From Candidatus Aenigmatarchaeota archaeon (GTDB taxonomy: Archaea; Aenigmatarchaeota; Aenigmatarchaeia; QMZP01; QMZT01): DNA of 47,570 nt. The stretch covers positions 1 through 47,570 of the forward strand of contig QMZT01000003.1 of the NCBI GenBank assembly GCA_003663325.1. Direction: 5' to 3'. This document shows positions 9,108 through 18,689 of the stretch, piece by piece. The position numbers and the translations under genes are program-made. The notes below the pieces were generated by a model. That model was not told the origin of the DNA and made no database searches. It was given only the letters and a program-made list of their open reading frames with translations. The stretch's first letter is position 1; every line of letters begins with the position of its first letter.

Positions 9108-9773
9108 GTTATGCTTGCATGCTGAGCTTAGTGGGCATGCATCACATCTCGGAACCTTTTTGCAATATTGCTTGCATAACTCAACTATTAGTGCATGGAA
9201 CTCCTTATATATCTCAACATCCTTTCTTAATCTTTTCTCAATCCCTTTTCTAATTGATTCGTAATTGCCGTGTAAAGGTATCCCAAACCTTTTTAGAAAT
9301 CTAATTGTATATGCATCAACAATAAAAAAGGGTTTGTTGGCAGCATACAACAATATGCTATCTGCGGTCTCAAATCCTATGCCCTTTATAGAGATCAACT
9401 CTTCCCTTACCCTCTCGTCGCTTTGGGAAAAAATTTTATTTAAGTCGGCGTTATACTTTTCTTTTATATAACACATGAAATCTTTCAATCTTTTTGCCTT
9501 CTGCCTATAAAAACCACTTGATTTTATCAGGTGCTCAAGCTTTTCAATATCCAACTCACATATTCGTTTGATGTCAAGCATCCTTTTGGCCTTCATTTCC
9601 TCAATGCACTTTTCAACATTTCTCCATGCTGTATTTTGTGTTAATATGGCACCTACTATTATCTCCACCCTTTTATCACTACCCACCTTTTTATGATAAT
9701 CCTCATCTACAGGCCACCAATCTTGCTTTCCAAAGTGCTCAAGCAAGGTCCTGTAAATACTCATAAGATTCAT
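9099..9773 (-). CDS. Endonuclease III-related HhH-GPD DNA glycosylase (COG2231-like) with 4Fe-4S cluster motif
   Basis: GAILTQNTAW.NV, SGFY.QKA.RL, HhH IKGIGFETADSILLYA, VDAYT.R, C-terminal C..C.....C..CP....C. Confidence 0.9.
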   Translation of the reverse strand: MNLMSIYRTLLEHFGKQDWWPVDEDYHKKVGSDKRVEIIVGAILTQNTAWRNVEKCIEEMKAKRMLDIKRICELDIEKLEHLIKSSGFYRQKAKRLKDFMCYIKEKYNADLNKIFSQSDERVREELISIKGIGFETADSILLYAANKPFFIVDAYTIRFLKRFGIPLHGNYESIRKGIEKRLRKDVEIYKEFHALIVELCKQYCKKVPRCDACPLSSACKHNLP

Positions 9774-9810
9774 AAATTTAATTTAAAAATAATTAAAAAA
9801 GGTTTTAGTT

Positions 9811-10518
9811 ATGAAGGTAAATTATGTGTGCTTTGATTTTGGAAACACACTTTTGCATGACCCATTCGATAAAGTTATGCGCTATCAATCAAAACGATTT
9901 CAAAGCATATTAAAAGAACATGGTCATGCCTTTGGGAGGGATGAAATAGTGAAGGCATGGAAAGAAGCTAATGCAAAAATGCACTATCCATTCATATCCC
10001 ATTTTTTTCAAGAAAGGCCTATCGTTGCGAATATGCTTGAAAGGCTTCGCGTTAGCACCTCGCCCCCATTAATATCTGAGCTACTTATAGCGTACAGAGA
10101 TGGGCTGAAGGTAGCTATAGCTAGTGATAAAAGGTTGGCAAGCGTTAGCTATGTGTTGGGTGAGTTGAAAAGAAGGGGTAAAAAGCTAGCGGTATTAAGT
10201 AGTGAGCGGGCACAATCTTTAAGCACTATGCTGCTATGGGCCAAACTTTCGAGGTACTTTGTTAAGATCATGGCAACAGAAAGTATAGGGGTTGATAAGC
10301 CAGACCCGCAGGTATTCTGGTTTCTTATAAGGGCAATAAATGCGAAGAGAGAAGAGGTTGTATATGTAGGGGATAGCTATACAAATGATATAGTGCCCGC
10401 GAAGAAGTTTGGTATAAAGGCGATATGGTATAACAGAGCCAATGAACAATTTGAAATGAAATACAGGCCTGATAAGACAATAAGTGATCTTGTTACGTTG
10501 CTGGATATTATAGAATAG
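9811..10518 (+). CDS. HAD-superfamily hydrolase (subfamily IA)
   Basis: Motif I FDFGNTL, KPDP.VF, YVGDSYTNDI.PA...GI. Confidence 0.9.
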   Translation: MKVNYVCFDFGNTLLHDPFDKVMRYQSKRFQSILKEHGHAFGRDEIVKAWKEANAKMHYPFISHFFQERPIVANMLERLRVSTSPPLISELLIAYRDGLKVAIASDKRLASVSYVLGELKRRGKKLAVLSSERAQSLSTMLLWAKLSRYFVKIMATESIGVDKPDPQVFWFLIRAINAKREEVVYVGDSYTNDIVPAKKFGIKAIWYNRANEQFEMKYRPDKTISDLVTLLDIIE

Positions 10519-11902
10519 ACCTTCTCATGAACAGGTATCTTATAAAAACAAGCACAGGTATTATCTCAAGTCTCCCAAACAGCATATCTATAATGAGTAT
10601 GACCTTGCCGATCGCATGCATATTAGCAATATCTATTGTTGATAGCCCAACCGTCCCTTCTGCAGATGCTGAAATGAAGAAGGAATCAAGCGGGGCATAG
10701 CCGAGTGAGCTTATAACTATCGTTGAAAGAAGGAGTATGAGCAGGTATATAAAAGAGAATGTTGCAACCAATGTTAGTTCGCTATCCTCTACAACATTAC
10801 CATCAAACTTTACCCTAACAACAGCCGAAAGCGGAAGGGACGATTTTTTGACAAGCCAAAGGAGGGATTTTGAGAGTATTCCAACCCTTATCAGTTTTAG
10901 ACCTCCTGCCGTTGAACCAGCATAACCCCCTATTATCATTAACATGATAAGAAAGAGCTTTCCCATATCGCTATAGCCTGCACCGCTATTCTTAAATCCC
11001 GTTGTTGTTAGTGCTGAGAACGCGTGAAAGATGCCGTGTCTCATAGGTTCTGGAGAGTGCAAAAAGGATATTGTAAGGAGTATGGAGAATATTAACAGCA
11101 GGCTCCAAAAGATCTTTGTTTCAGGACTTTTTATGTAATATCTGAACTTTTTACTTAGCAATTTATTGTGGATGAAGAAGGATGTTGCACCTAAAACCAT
11201 AAAGATAATGAGAACGAGCTCTATAAGCATGTTATTATAGTAATAGATGGATTTGCTCGTTGCAGAAAAGCCTCCAGTAGATATGGTTGAGAACATGGTA
11301 ATGATGGAATCAAAGAAAGGCATACCTAGCAAGAAGAGCAATAAAATACCAACCAAGGTATAGCTTGTATATATCAAAAATATCCTTTTAACACTTGTAT
11401 AAACGCTCATTTCCACCTTGCTTGCGCCCCTTTCAGACTCATATATGTAGTATGAGGATATGCCTGGAGAAGAGAGCAAAAGCAGGAATATTATTAATAT
11501 GCCTATCCCACCTATCCACTGAGTAAATGAGCGCCAAAAAACCAAGGCTCTTGGTAACTTTTCGGGAAAAAGCACACTCAAACCTGTTGTTGTAAAGCCC
11601 GAGAATGATTCAAACACAGCATCAATTGGCAATGCGTAAGGCAAATAAGGTATTGAGCCCAGCAAGGATATGAGTATAAAGGTGATGGTAGAGAGTACCA
11701 TTGCAGACGGCAGATCTAGCTCTTCCCTCTCAAACCTTTTATCCAGCAGTATGCCGGCGATAAATGACATCACAGCAGAAATGAAAAATGGTAGGAATAC
11801 ATTCTCTCCAAAGATCCATGCCACGATATTCGGTATGAGGAGGAATATGCCAAAAATCTCCAGTACAAGTCCGAGGTGTGAAAGCACAGAGAATATCTTC
11901 AT
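10508..11902 (-). CDS. trkH: TrkH-family potassium uptake membrane protein
   Basis: FESFSGFTTTGLS, QWIGGIGI, STISTGGFS, LTTTGF, GGYAGSTAGGLK, TVGLS, GRLEI selectivity-filter repeats. Confidence 0.93.
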   Translation of the reverse strand: MKIFSVLSHLGLVLEIFGIFLLIPNIVAWIFGENVFLPFFISAVMSFIAGILLDKRFEREELDLPSAMVLSTITFILISLLGSIPYLPYALPIDAVFESFSGFTTTGLSVLFPEKLPRALVFWRSFTQWIGGIGILIIFLLLLSSPGISSYYIYESERGASKVEMSVYTSVKRIFLIYTSYTLVGILLLFLLGMPFFDSIITMFSTISTGGFSATSKSIYYYNNMLIELVLIIFMVLGATSFFIHNKLLSKKFRYYIKSPETKIFWSLLLIFSILLTISFLHSPEPMRHGIFHAFSALTTTGFKNSGAGYSDMGKLFLIMLMIIGGYAGSTAGGLKLIRVGILSKSLLWLVKKSSLPLSAVVRVKFDGNVVEDSELTLVATFSFIYLLILLLSTIVISSLGYAPLDSFFISASAEGTVGLSTIDIANMHAIGKVILIIDMLFGRLEIIPVLVFIRYLFMRRSIL

Positions 11903-11934
11903 ACTTTATATTTTCAAAATAAATTATAAATACC

Positions 11935-13482
11935 ATGAAAAGAAAGGGCTTTGTGCACATAGTTGAGATAATCTTGATAGTGATAGTTGTTTTTACATTT
12001 CTTTACCAATTTGCGTCTTTAAAAACCAAACCACAAGAGTGGGACAAGATAAAGGCAAGCCTTTTAGTTGGTGATATTATAAATTCCTTAAGGATATTGA
12101 ATACGAATTGGTTTAATGAGGAAGAGGTAAGGGCGAGGTGTGATGCTGTCTTTCCAAAAACTATGGTTTATGGGTTAAGTTTATATGGTATCGTGAAGCC
12201 GAAGATAAATATTTTGTGCTACGGGGAAAAATGCAACGATGTAGCTAACGCATTGGAAAGCTTTACAATAAATAACGTAACAATCAGCTTTACCATTCAT
12301 ACGGTAGATAGTCTTAGTGAGCTGTTCTCCCTTTACTACGACGTTGCGATTATAGCTAGGGATGTCCTGCCAGATTCTTTTTATAATGAAGAGAACAAAT
12401 ACGCATTAAAACAATTCCTTACAAATGACAAAGGCATTATAGAAATGGTAAACCTTGTTTCGGATGATTTAACCGATAGCAAAAAAAAGGATATACAGAA
12501 TGGTATATTTAGCCTTGAAAAAACAACCTCAAACGGTAATAGTATAGTGTTTAAGAAAAACATAAGTGTGAAAACAAAGGATGATTTCTTGCTCATTAAC
12601 TATCTTTACCATACACCAATCTTTCATGATGATTTTAATGATAAAAATAAATGGACAACCTCGGCAGGCTGGCAAGGGAATGATAAGTTTGAGCTTGAGC
12701 CTGGATTCTTAGGAACATCTCTCTATTTAAATAGCACATGTGAGGGTGAGAGGTATATATACACCCCAGCCTTTAATGAATTCGAGAATATGACCCTTGT
12801 GCTGTTTTTTAATTTCACACCAAATTCAAGGTTTGATGTCATGTTTAAAGGAGTAAATGATTTCTATGTGGTTAGTGTTGATCAATGGGGCATAGTAAAG
12901 CTCTATTATCTTTCTAATGGCCATCTTAATATAATAAAGAAGGGGGACTATGGTAGTATATTCCCTTATGAATGGCATAAGCTTGTAATAGATAGCGGTA
13001 ATGGCAAGCTGGAGGTGTTTATAGATTCTAAGCCCGCTCTATTCGCTGAAGGTGTATGGATTGGTAAACGTAGCCTAGCATTAGAGGCGTGTGGAAATGG
13101 TGTTAACATAGATAATCTCAGGGTCTATTTTAACGAGGATTATGTGTTTGAAAATTCCCTAGCTGGACAAGGCGTTAGAAGCAGTGAGAAAAGGAATATT
13201 ATACTCGAAGAAAGGGGTGGTGGTGCAGCAGCCATGGTTATAAATGATAATGCTGTAGGTGGTAAGGGAAGGGCTATATGGCTATCTCCTACCATAGCTA
13301 AAGGGGAAAGTGGAAAAGCCATTATTAGGTTTGCTGTGATCACGGCAGCAGGGTATTACTATGATGTAATAGGTAGTGATGTAGAAGAGGTAGAAAGTGC
13401 AAGATTGCATGCGTTAAAGAGCATAGATATGTTTCAGCCGTTTATTGTAGAGCTTAAATCTGGATATACATACGCAGGCTAG
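11935..13482 (+). CDS. Large class III-signal (pilin-like) protein with an internal ConA/LamG-like beta-sandwich
   Basis: MKRKG|FVHIVEIILIVIVVF N-terminus; FHDDF..KW...; WHKLVI...GKLEVFID; IDNLRVY. Confidence 0.65.
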   Translation: MKRKGFVHIVEIILIVIVVFTFLYQFASLKTKPQEWDKIKASLLVGDIINSLRILNTNWFNEEEVRARCDAVFPKTMVYGLSLYGIVKPKINILCYGEKCNDVANALESFTINNVTISFTIHTVDSLSELFSLYYDVAIIARDVLPDSFYNEENKYALKQFLTNDKGIIEMVNLVSDDLTDSKKKDIQNGIFSLEKTTSNGNSIVFKKNISVKTKDDFLLINYLYHTPIFHDDFNDKNKWTTSAGWQGNDKFELEPGFLGTSLYLNSTCEGERYIYTPAFNEFENMTLVLFFNFTPNSRFDVMFKGVNDFYVVSVDQWGIVKLYYLSNGHLNIIKKGDYGSIFPYEWHKLVIDSGNGKLEVFIDSKPALFAEGVWIGKRSLALEACGNGVNIDNLRVYFNEDYVFENSLAGQGVRSSEKRNIILEERGGGAAAMVINDNAVGGKGRAIWLSPTIAKGESGKAIIRFAVITAAGYYYDVIGSDVEEVESARLHALKSIDMFQPFIVELKSGYTYAG

Positions 13483-14370
13483 CTAAAACCATATTATTGT
13501 TAAAAGTGCTCCAAGCAGGCATCCCATAAATATGAAAGGCATGGCAGGATAGTATCTATCCTTCTTGGCAATCAAGAAAAGGAATAATAGCATTATGATT
13601 GTCATGATGGGTATAGGGGACACCCTTAGCAATGCCTCCTCCCTTTCCATACCCAACTTTATTAAATTGTTCATAACAACACCAGAAAATAAAAGTGGGA
13701 ATGCTATATCACCACCTCCAAGTATCGCTAATCTTTCACCCCTCGCTATTTTCTTTGCTTGCGGCTTGGTAAAGGCCTTATAGGGGACCATAAATCCGGA
13801 AAATATGCCCTCTTTTGTTAGGGATTCCGCGATCTTTACCATATGTTTTGTCTTGAATACGGCGATTATATCATATAGGGATGTAACAAAAAGTAACATT
13901 GTGACCCAGAGTATATCCAGCAAGGGAACAAATATGACAGCTATTCCAGCATATATTAAGATCTCTGTAATATTATAAACAATTGCGCTTTTTCTTGAGA
14001 TCTTTATCAACGATAGCAAGAAAGAGAGCAGAATGGCTATGAGGCTGTCAACAAACACACCCAAAGCAACGGACATGCTCATCCATACAGCAAGAAAGTA
14101 TAGCACTTTCCATATACCTAGTTTTCTTATAAATATTAAGAAAAGCAGCAGCAAGGTACCAAATAGAATGCCAGATGTCATATAGGTAAAGAGCTCTACA
14201 CCTTTTACCTCTGGCCTTTTTCCTATAGCCGTGTCCTTATATTCCACGACCACGCTCCCCTTTTCAAACTTGACAGCAGATATACTTTTTTGCAATGTAA
14301 AGAGACCAAAAAATTGCGCTAAAGTGAAAAGCACCAGCACTATTATTGTGCTTTTTATCGTATGCTTCAT
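13483..14370 (-). CDS. Presenilin/signal-peptide-peptidase family intramembrane aspartyl protease (A22)
   Basis: Multiple TM helices with YD (SLYDIIAV), GxGD (ILGGGDIAFP) and PAL-like PAMPF motifs. Confidence 0.9.
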   Translation of the reverse strand: MKHTIKSTIIVLVLFTLAQFFGLFTLQKSISAVKFEKGSVVVEYKDTAIGKRPEVKGVELFTYMTSGILFGTLLLLFLIFIRKLGIWKVLYFLAVWMSMSVALGVFVDSLIAILLSFLLSLIKISRKSAIVYNITEILIYAGIAVIFVPLLDILWVTMLLFVTSLYDIIAVFKTKHMVKIAESLTKEGIFSGFMVPYKAFTKPQAKKIARGERLAILGGGDIAFPLLFSGVVMNNLIKLGMEREEALLRVSPIPIMTIIMLLFLFLIAKKDRYYPAMPFIFMGCLLGALLTIIWF

Positions 14371-14408
14371 ATTAATTTTTTATTATAAGCCTATAAAAAT
14401 AAGATAAT

Positions 14409-16805
14409 ATGAAACTCAAAGAAAAGCGATGGAAAAAGGAATTTGAAGAGGAAATAAGAAGGATGTGGAGGGAGAAGAATGAGTACAGGTTTGATGAAAA
14501 TACAAAGAAGCCAGTATTTAGCATAGATACCCCGCCACCATATGTTAATGCCCCCGTCCACATAGGACAGGCCACAACCTATGTTTTAATGGACATGTTT
14601 GCACGTTTTAGACGTATGATAGGGTATGAAGTGCTCTTTCCTCTTGGCTTGGATAGGAACGGCTTGCCCATAGAGGTTGCAGCTGAGCGTAAATTTGGAG
14701 TTAAAATGAACGAAGTTAGCAGAGAGCGATTTGTTGAGCTGTGCAAAAAATTGCTGGAAGAGTATAGCATGAAATCCACGGAAACGTTTTATATTGCTGG
14801 TATAAGTTTCAATTCATGGGAAATTGGTACAAGGGCGGGAGATGTTTACCTCACCGATATGCCAGAGTATAGAAAGCTTACACAGGAAACATTTATAGAT
14901 TTGTGGAATAAGGGGCTTATTTACGAGGATGTAAGGATAAACAACTATTGCCCTGGGTGTAGAACAACAATTGCTGATGCGGAGATAGAGTACGATGAAC
15001 GCCCAACGGTATTTAATTATGTAAAGTTTAAAGTAAAGGAAACGGGAGAGGATATAGTGATAGCAACAACAAGACCAGAGCTTTTATGCACCTGCAAGAT
15101 GGTTGTTTTTAACCCAAGTGATGAGAGATACAAGCATTTGAATGGGAAGACGGCTATTGTCCCGCTTTATAACATAGAGGTACCTATAAGACCACATCCC
15201 ATCGCAAAGCCCGAGATGGGAACGGGGTTAGAGATGATGTGTAGCTTTGGTGATACACGAGATATCCAATTTTTTAGAGAAATGGATTTGCAGCCAGTAA
15301 TAGCTATAGATCAAAACGGTAAGATGAATAAGCATGCGGGCTTTCTTGAAGGGCTTGAGGTTTTGGAGGCCAGAGAGAAGATAGTAGAAATGCTTAAAGA
15401 AAAGGGTATGATTGTCAAGCAGGAAAAAATGATGCACCGCATCCCAATATGCGAGAGGTCAAAGGATGCCATAGAATTTATAGCTATGCCAGAATACTAT
15501 CTTAAGCAGATGGAATTTAAGGATAAGATAAGGGCAATTGCTGATAAAATGAATTTTTATAGCCCGAAGAGTAAACAGATATTGCTTGACTGGATAGATT
15601 CAATAAAGATAGACTGGGCAATATCACGCAGGCGTTATTATGCAACAGAGATCCCCGTGTGGTATTGTAAAAAATGCAACCATCCCTATGTTCCCCCAAA
15701 AGGTAAATACTACCAGCCTTGGCGCGAGCGGCCACCAATAGAGCGCTGTCCTAAATGTGGTCACAAAGAGTTTAGAGGCGAGGAAAGGGTTTTTGATACA
15801 TGGTTCGATTCATCCATAACCCCACTTTTCATACTTAAGTATAGCAGGGATAATAATTTCTTTGAGAAACATTTCCCCTGTACATTAAGGCCACAGGGAA
15901 AGGAAATAGTAAGAACGTGGCTTTATTATACCCTTCTTAAATGCTATCTTTTAACGAATAAGCAAGCATTTAGAGATGTATGGATAAACTATCACATCCT
16001 TGATGAGAAAGGGAAAAAGATGAGCAAGAGCTTGGGCAATATCATAGATCCACAAAAGGTTATGGAAAGATATGGTGCAGAGCCTTTCAGATTCTGGGCA
16101 GCCATAGAGGGCAATCTGGAGAAAACGGATTTTAAGTGCTCATTTAATAGGATAGAGGGTGCGAGCAAATTCCTCACAAAATACTGGAACATCGCAAGAT
16201 TTGTTTCTCTTTTTGATCCAATAAAAAAGCCCAAGCATCTTACGGAGTTGGATAAATGGGTAATTAAGGAGCTTAACATGCTTATCAAGTATACCAGAGA
16301 GAGATATGAAAGGTACGATTTTCATGGTCCGGCTGTAAAGATAAAGCATTTCCTTTGGGAAGTATTTGCATCCCATTATATAGAAATGGTAAAAAACAGG
16401 GCATACAATCAAGATAATAAGTTCAGCAAGGAAGAACAGGAGTCTGCTATCTATGCGTTGCATGAGGTATTGGAGAAAGTAACGAGGATGCTCGCACCCA
16501 TAATCCCTTTCATAACGTACAGGATATATAAGGATATATATGGGAAAAACGTACACAAGATGCAATTCCCAAGCATTGATAAGTTTGCGATTAAGGAGGA
16601 ATTAAGTATAAGCAGCAACGATATAATCGCCTTAAATTCAGCCATATGGAAGGTAAAGAAGGATGCTGGCATGTCTCTTAAGTCAAAAGTAAGATTACTG
16701 ACCCTTCCTGTTAAATTTAAGCCAATAGAAAAGGATATAATTTTTACTCATAATATAGAAAAAATAGAATATAAGGAAGGTATTTCTGTAAAATTGGAAC
16801 AATAA
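14409..16805 (+). CDS. valS: Valine--tRNA ligase (archaeal type)
   Basis: FSIDTPPPY, HIGQ, IATTRPELL, DWAISRRR, FDTWFDSS, RPQGKEIVRTW, KMSKSLGN. Confidence 0.96.
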   Translation: MKLKEKRWKKEFEEEIRRMWREKNEYRFDENTKKPVFSIDTPPPYVNAPVHIGQATTYVLMDMFARFRRMIGYEVLFPLGLDRNGLPIEVAAERKFGVKMNEVSRERFVELCKKLLEEYSMKSTETFYIAGISFNSWEIGTRAGDVYLTDMPEYRKLTQETFIDLWNKGLIYEDVRINNYCPGCRTTIADAEIEYDERPTVFNYVKFKVKETGEDIVIATTRPELLCTCKMVVFNPSDERYKHLNGKTAIVPLYNIEVPIRPHPIAKPEMGTGLEMMCSFGDTRDIQFFREMDLQPVIAIDQNGKMNKHAGFLEGLEVLEAREKIVEMLKEKGMIVKQEKMMHRIPICERSKDAIEFIAMPEYYLKQMEFKDKIRAIADKMNFYSPKSKQILLDWIDSIKIDWAISRRRYYATEIPVWYCKKCNHPYVPPKGKYYQPWRERPPIERCPKCGHKEFRGEERVFDTWFDSSITPLFILKYSRDNNFFEKHFPCTLRPQGKEIVRTWLYYTLLKCYLLTNKQAFRDVWINYHILDEKGKKMSKSLGNIIDPQKVMERYGAEPFRFWAAIEGNLEKTDFKCSFNRIEGASKFLTKYWNIARFVSLFDPIKKPKHLTELDKWVIKELNMLIKYTRERYERYDFHGPAVKIKHFLWEVFASHYIEMVKNRAYNQDNKFSKEEQESAIYALHEVLEKVTRMLAPIIPFITYRIYKDIYGKNVHKMQFPSIDKFAIKEELSISSNDIIALNSAIWKVKKDAGMSLKSKVRLLTLPVKFKPIEKDIIFTHNIEKIEYKEGISVKLEQ

Positions 16806-16820
16806 TATATATATTAAAGT

Positions 16821-16893
16821 AGAGAAATCTTTATAAATGGGTTACATAAAATTATATTAATATTTACCAATATGTTAATCACTACAAGGAGGT
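16821..16893 (+). promoter_or_regulatory. Putative archaeal promoter (BRE + TATA) and Shine-Dalgarno of tfb
   Basis: Purine-rich AGAGAAA followed by TTTATAAA (16830-16837); AGGAGGT at 16887-16893, 7 nt before the ATG. Confidence 0.6.
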
Positions 16894-16900
16894 AAAATAT

Positions 16901-17857
16901 ATGAAAGAAAAGAAGATAAAATGCCCGGAATGTAACTCAGAGGACATAATTTTCGATCCCATCAAGGGAGAGCATGTTTGCGCCCATTGTGGGCTTGTGA
17001 TAGAGGAATCTGTAATTGATACAAGCCAGGAATGGCGTGCATTTGACGATACACAGCGCTCCAAAAGGGTAAGGACTGGCGCACCCCTGACTATAACAAA
17101 GCATGATCAAGGTATAACAACAGAGATAGGTAAGGGCAAGGGTGAGCTTTTTAAGGTTGATGCAAAGAAGCGTGCTCAGTATTACAGGCTGAGTAAGTGG
17201 CATAAAAGGCTTATAAAATCAAAGGATCGCAATCTATCTTTTGCCTTTTCTGAGCTACAAAGGCTCGTTTCTTACCTAGAGCTTTCTCAGGCAATACACG
17301 AAAAGGTTGCAAAGCTTTACGAGCAGGCTGTAGAAAAGGGTCTTGTGAGGGGAAGGAGCACTGAAAGTATAATTGCCTCCCTGCTGTATACAACGTGTAG
17401 AGAAGAAGGGGCTCCGCGTACTTTGGATGAGATATCAAAGGCATCAGGTATAAGCAAGAGGGATATAGGAAAGACGTATCGTTATATAGCAAGGAAGCTA
17501 AATATAAGGATATTGCCAGCAAAGCCACAAGATTACATACCAAGGTTTGGTTCATTGCTTGGCTTGGATGAAAAGGTACAGGTCAGAGCTGTGCAAATCT
17601 TGGATGAGGCAATGAAGCATGATGTAACAAGTGGTAAGGGTCCAATAGGTGTTGCTGCTGCTGCCCTTTATATTGCTGCTGTGCTTGAAGGTAAGAAAAA
17701 GACACAAAGAGAAGTGGCAGATATTATAGGTGTTACAGAGGTGACAATAAGAAATAGGTACAAGGAGATTGTGGAGAAGCTAGGGATAAAGGAAGAGGTA
17801 GAGGAGAAGGTAAAAGAAGAAGAGCTGGAAGAGGAAAGAAGGGAGGAAAAGATTTAA
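16901..17857 (+). CDS. tfb: Transcription initiation factor IIB
   Basis: Zn ribbon CPEC...CAHCG, EWRAF B-reader, two cyclin repeats (RGRS, PRTLDEI, TQREVA...VTEVTIRNRYKE). Confidence 0.97.
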   Translation: MKEKKIKCPECNSEDIIFDPIKGEHVCAHCGLVIEESVIDTSQEWRAFDDTQRSKRVRTGAPLTITKHDQGITTEIGKGKGELFKVDAKKRAQYYRLSKWHKRLIKSKDRNLSFAFSELQRLVSYLELSQAIHEKVAKLYEQAVEKGLVRGRSTESIIASLLYTTCREEGAPRTLDEISKASGISKRDIGKTYRYIARKLNIRILPAKPQDYIPRFGSLLGLDEKVQVRAVQILDEAMKHDVTSGKGPIGVAAAALYIAAVLEGKKKTQREVADIIGVTEVTIRNRYKEIVEKLGIKEEVEEKVKEEELEEERREEKI

Positions 17858-18654
17858 AGCCATCTTTCTAAGCTCTTTCCTCCTGTTTCCTTTTTTGTAT
17901 CCAAGCTCATATTATCCCTAGCAGCTATTGTTCTGACCTTGGTTTCGCTCTCTATCCACCTTGCCTCCTTTTCGGGATTAGAAAAAAGCATACTCATACC
18001 AAAGTGCTGTATTATCGCAATGCCCGGTTTGGTTTTTGAGATGAGTTTAGCAGCATCATGTGTATTCATATGACCCTCTAAGAACTCATTTTTCGGTTTC
18101 ATTACATTCATAACAAGCACGTTGCAATTGCTAAAATAATCAACAAGCCCATCAAAGTATTTGGTATCTCCAGTATACCCAAACCTTTCTTTGCCATCAT
18201 CTATAACAAAACCAATTCCATGCTTTTCTTCATGCATGGTTTTTGTTGCCTCTATACGCAACTTGCCAATATTTATCTTATCGCCAGGCCTCAGTACAAA
18301 GTATTTCTCGAGCGTGCGTAAATGGTAAGGGGATACGAGCTGCCTGTGCTCATCATCATGCTCAATTATATATTTATTGCCAATCAGCACGCCTCTTTTC
18401 CTTTTCACACCAGCTGTCATAGCCTCTATAACAATCTCTGCATCTGTATAATGATCGGGGTGTGAGTGGCTTATTGCCAATATATCAACCTTTTCTATAT
18501 TAAATCCAAACTGCCTTGCCCTTACAATAGCCCCCGGCCCAGGGTCTATATGAATTATCTTCTCCCCAATCTCTACTATGAAGCCGCCACTTGCCCTCAT
18601 CTGTTTTATTACCGCAAACCTTCCGCCGCATGTGCCAAGAAACCTTATTTTCAT
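17854..18654 (-). CDS. MBL-fold metallo-hydrolase
   Basis: FLGTCGG, IDPGPG, SHSHPDH (HxHxDH), YTGDT, H..., QHFG. Confidence 0.9.
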   Translation of the reverse strand: MKIRFLGTCGGRFAVIKQMRASGGFIVEIGEKIIHIDPGPGAIVRARQFGFNIEKVDILAISHSHPDHYTDAEIVIEAMTAGVKRKRGVLIGNKYIIEHDDEHRQLVSPYHLRTLEKYFVLRPGDKINIGKLRIEATKTMHEEKHGIGFVIDDGKERFGYTGDTKYFDGLVDYFSNCNVLVMNVMKPKNEFLEGHMNTHDAAKLISKTKPGIAIIQHFGMSMLFSNPEKEARWIESETKVRTIAARDNMSLDTKKETGGKSLERWL

Positions 18655-18689
18655 AACAATCTATTAAAGTTTCCTTATAAATATTTTTT

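Noticed and set aside
13483-14370. Presenilin-like protease as the dedicated prepilin peptidase of the adjacent pilin-like gene
   Set aside because: Motifs (YD, GxGD, PAMP) fit family A22, not A24 PibD/FlaK, and the genes are convergent rather than co-transcribed.
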